The position numbers and the translations under genes were made by a program. From positions 28,238-92,237 of the forward strand of contig JAVBWN010000027.1 of NCBI GenBank assembly GCA_036677365.1: a stretch of 64,000 bases of DNA, in the 5' to 3' direction. Under the pieces are notes generated by a model. It saw only the letters and a list, made by a program, of their open reading frames with translations. It was not told the origin of the DNA and ran no database searches. The stretch comes from Acholeplasma sp. GTDB taxonomy: Bacteria; Bacillota_I; Bacilli_A; Acholeplasmatales; UBA5453. Below are positions 61,697-64,000 of this stretch, piece by piece (the stretch's first letter is position 1; each line of letters begins with the position of its first letter).

Positions 61697-62884
61697 ATGT
61701 TAGAATGGTTACAAGCCTTAACCCCTGAAGACATCATTGTATTTTCAGGGATACTCGTATTATTTGTTACCTCAATCATCACATTGGTCCGCCTGTCTAG
61801 AATCGCAAACCGTGTTGGTGAACAAGAATTTTACATCCAAGAATCCTTGCTGGAAATCGATGGTGAACAATACATTAATTTGACCATCATCAATAAGGCC
61901 TTTTCTACCAATCACATCAATGTCGTTGGGGTAGAGTTACGAAATGTATCCCACCCACTCGAAGAAAAATTGGTCATGATTGCCCCTAGAAGCAAATACC
62001 AAGTGCGTTTTAATCTCGCTGAAATCAAGAAATTTGTATTTGCGACACGAAAGAAATATCGCAAATTTAGAATTTATGTTGAGAATGAAATTGGCTTAAG
62101 AAAGTCCATTAAACCAAAAATCAATAATCGTTTCATGAAACGTCAATACTTACTATTGAAGCGTCAAGAACGACTTGAAGCGAAACGCATTCGATTCGAA
62201 TCTGGACAATACAATTTCTTTGAACGTACTGGTCTCATTGTTGGTTTGATTTTTAGACCATTTGTGAAATTACGTCGTCATATGGTGTTATCAACCAATA
62301 AGACCTTAAGAGAATCCGAAATTCGTAGACAACAAAAGAAAGAACACGACGCCATCAAGTACAAACTTGACCAAGATGAGTTCGAACTCAATGAAATTAG
62401 AATTCGCGAACAATCGATCAAAGAAAACCGTACCCGAGAACTCGAACTTGAACGCTTGAAGAAAGAAAAAGAACTCGAAATCGAGCGTATCAAAGAAGCC
62501 ACTTTAAAGCGTGAATTTGAAGAAAACAAAGCGAAGATTGAAGCGATTATCCCTGAAGAGGTAGCCCAAGCTGAACTTGAATCAGAACGCAAAAATCCAA
62601 AAGTAGACGAGAAGAAACGCCCTCGTAAATTGAAACAAGTGGAAGAAAAAGTTGAATCGGAAGTCGAAGCTCCTGTGGTTGAAGCGGTTGAACCTGCGGC
62701 TTCTGAACCGGTCATCGAAACCCCTGTAGCATCTGAACTTAAAGAAACTGAAATGGTTGAACCGAAAGTCAAGAAACCAAGAACCCGCAAACCAAAAGTT
62801 GAAACGACCGAATCTACCATCGAGACCAAAGAAGCCTCTACAGAACCTCTTGGAACCATTCCACTTCAAGACGAAGATAAATAA
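61697..62884 (+). CDS. Hypothetical membrane-anchored protein with coiled coil and low-complexity E/K/P-rich tail
   Basis: AAGGAGG RBS, N-terminal TM, charged helical middle region, terminator downstream. Confidence 0.8.
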   Translation: MLEWLQALTPEDIIVFSGILVLFVTSIITLVRLSRIANRVGEQEFYIQESLLEIDGEQYINLTIINKAFSTNHINVVGVELRNVSHPLEEKLVMIAPRSKYQVRFNLAEIKKFVFATRKKYRKFRIYVENEIGLRKSIKPKINNRFMKRQYLLLKRQERLEAKRIRFESGQYNFFERTGLIVGLIFRPFVKLRRHMVLSTNKTLRESEIRRQQKKEHDAIKYKLDQDEFELNEIRIREQSIKENRTRELELERLKKEKELEIERIKEATLKREFEENKAKIEAIIPEEVAQAELESERKNPKVDEKKRPRKLKQVEEKVESEVEAPVVEAVEPAASEPVIETPVASELKETEMVEPKVKKPRTRKPKVETTESTIETKEASTEPLGTIPLQDEDK

Positions 62885-62890
62885 TCAATC

Positions 62891-62924
62891 AAACGCAGAC
62901 CCATGGGTGACTGCGTTTTCTTTT
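62891..62924 (+). terminator. Intrinsic terminator
   Basis: aaacgcag...ctgcgttt + T-run. Confidence 0.75.
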
Positions 62925-63026
62925 GAATGCGTTATTTAAGAAATTATAAAATATTGTATTTTGCTTAATCGTCAATTATGTTAAGATAAAGTATACAAAC
63001 GATACATATCCTTAGGAGGTAACACC

Positions 63027-63863
63027 ATGAACGAACCAGAATCAGGGAGAAAATACTTTAGAGACCTACTCGAATTCAAATTTTACGTTCGACTTGCCGG
63101 TTTTGTTCTTATATTGTCCATTTTTTTGATTTATGGCATTTATAGTTTTGTCGTTGGTAACCGCGATGTGCTTGCGATACTTGGTATGGGATTATTGGGT
63201 ATTGTGATTGCGATTATTTTGCCTACCTTCACCATTAAAACAATCAAAAAAGCGCATTTAAAACGACAATATTTGAATTCTACTTGCTATAAAGTCACTC
63301 AAAAACCGTATATTCGAGACTATCAAGCACCAGATTATCAATATCAAATCAAAATGTTTGATCAACTATATCGTGATTTGTCTGCGCCTTTATACTTTAA
63401 TGTCACGTTGAAAGACCAAGTTTATGACAAGAGCGATCTTGCTATCGATTTATTGTTGTTTGATAAACGCGGGATTTACGCCATTCAAGTATTGTCTTAC
63501 GATGGTCCATTGAAAGGTGAATTAAATGAGCGTATTTGGAAACCCCATTTCTATTTGGGTCTAAATAAAAAACTGAGCGTAGACCAATTACTGTACGATA
63601 CTTGGAGAAAAGCCAATATACTGTCAAATCCGATTATGCAAACCGATTTGTATGTTCAAACCATTCAAAAGGTTTTACCAAGTTATGAAGTTAAGGGATT
63701 AACCCTATACAAAGATACGATGATTGATGATACTTTTACAAACATGAATGAGCGTGTATTTTCTTATCAAGATTTGATCGCCTATATTCAAAAGCAACCC
63801 ATCCTTTATTCAAAGGATGCATTGGATTTAGCCCAAGAAAAAATCAAAAAATCAATGATTTAA
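63027..63863 (+). CDS. Membrane-anchored NERD-like protein (degenerate nuclease motif)
   Basis: AGGAGG RBS; two TM helices; IDLLLFDKRGIYAIQVLSYDG and NPIMQ resemble the NERD domain. Confidence 0.7.
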   Translation: MNEPESGRKYFRDLLEFKFYVRLAGFVLILSIFLIYGIYSFVVGNRDVLAILGMGLLGIVIAIILPTFTIKTIKKAHLKRQYLNSTCYKVTQKPYIRDYQAPDYQYQIKMFDQLYRDLSAPLYFNVTLKDQVYDKSDLAIDLLLFDKRGIYAIQVLSYDGPLKGELNERIWKPHFYLGLNKKLSVDQLLYDTWRKANILSNPIMQTDLYVQTIQKVLPSYEVKGLTLYKDTMIDDTFTNMNERVFSYQDLIAYIQKQPILYSKDALDLAQEKIKKSMI

Positions 63864-64000
63864 GTCAAATAAGAACAAAGAGGTAAATAAATCACCCTTT
63901 AAAGAATGATTTGATTTCCTCTTAACAATTTAACTCGTCTTATTTAAAGCGACTACATATCAAATAAATATGTACGCTTAGGCGTGTTCACGCCTCTAGT

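Noticed and set aside
62278..62869. 193-aa and 95-aa antisense ORFs
   Set aside because: Shadows of the low-complexity E/K-rich coding strand; S/F-rich with no RBS
1..64000. UGA=Trp genetic code, CRISPR arrays, IS elements, tRNA/rRNA genes
   Set aside because: Conserved genes end correctly at TGA and use TGG for Trp; no periodic repeats, transposases or tRNA/rRNA signatures were seen by eye

Overview
Chromosomal segment of a low-GC Bacillota-derived bacterium. The gene set, the absence of cell-wall genes in this window and the use of TGA as stop (genetic code 11, e.g. dtd, ylbL) suggest an Acholeplasmataceae mollicute, but this is an inference. Contents in order: (1) a ~14 kb beta-glucan utilisation operon with an unusual architecture (lipoprotein SBP, 1029-aa membrane-anchored SBP fusion, two ABC permease pairs, an NHL/TPR/Yip1 membrane protein, a DUF5696-like protein, a GH16 lipoprotein), plus a nearby cytosolic GH16; (2) housekeeping genes rarA, a degenerate NadC-like gene, apt-rel-dtd, and an Asp T-box in front of GNAT-hisS-aspS; (3) an ECF sigma operon with two RsgI/SEAL-type DINPS proteins; (4) msrA, dCMP deaminase, ylbL, lspA, rluD, rnhC, mutS2, trxA, truB-ribF-darA, rpsO-pnp, a stand-alone Smr gene, RNase P RNA, a tandem FMN-binding-type lipoprotein and lepA; (5) a galactan/galactose locus (AraC, GH53, GH2, ABC, galK-galM-galT); (6) hemW-xerD-deoB, a hypothetical gene and a membrane NERD-like protein with degenerate catalytic motif. 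No IS, prophage, CRISPR, tRNA or rRNA was recognised. All family calls come from motif recognition by eye, not database searches.
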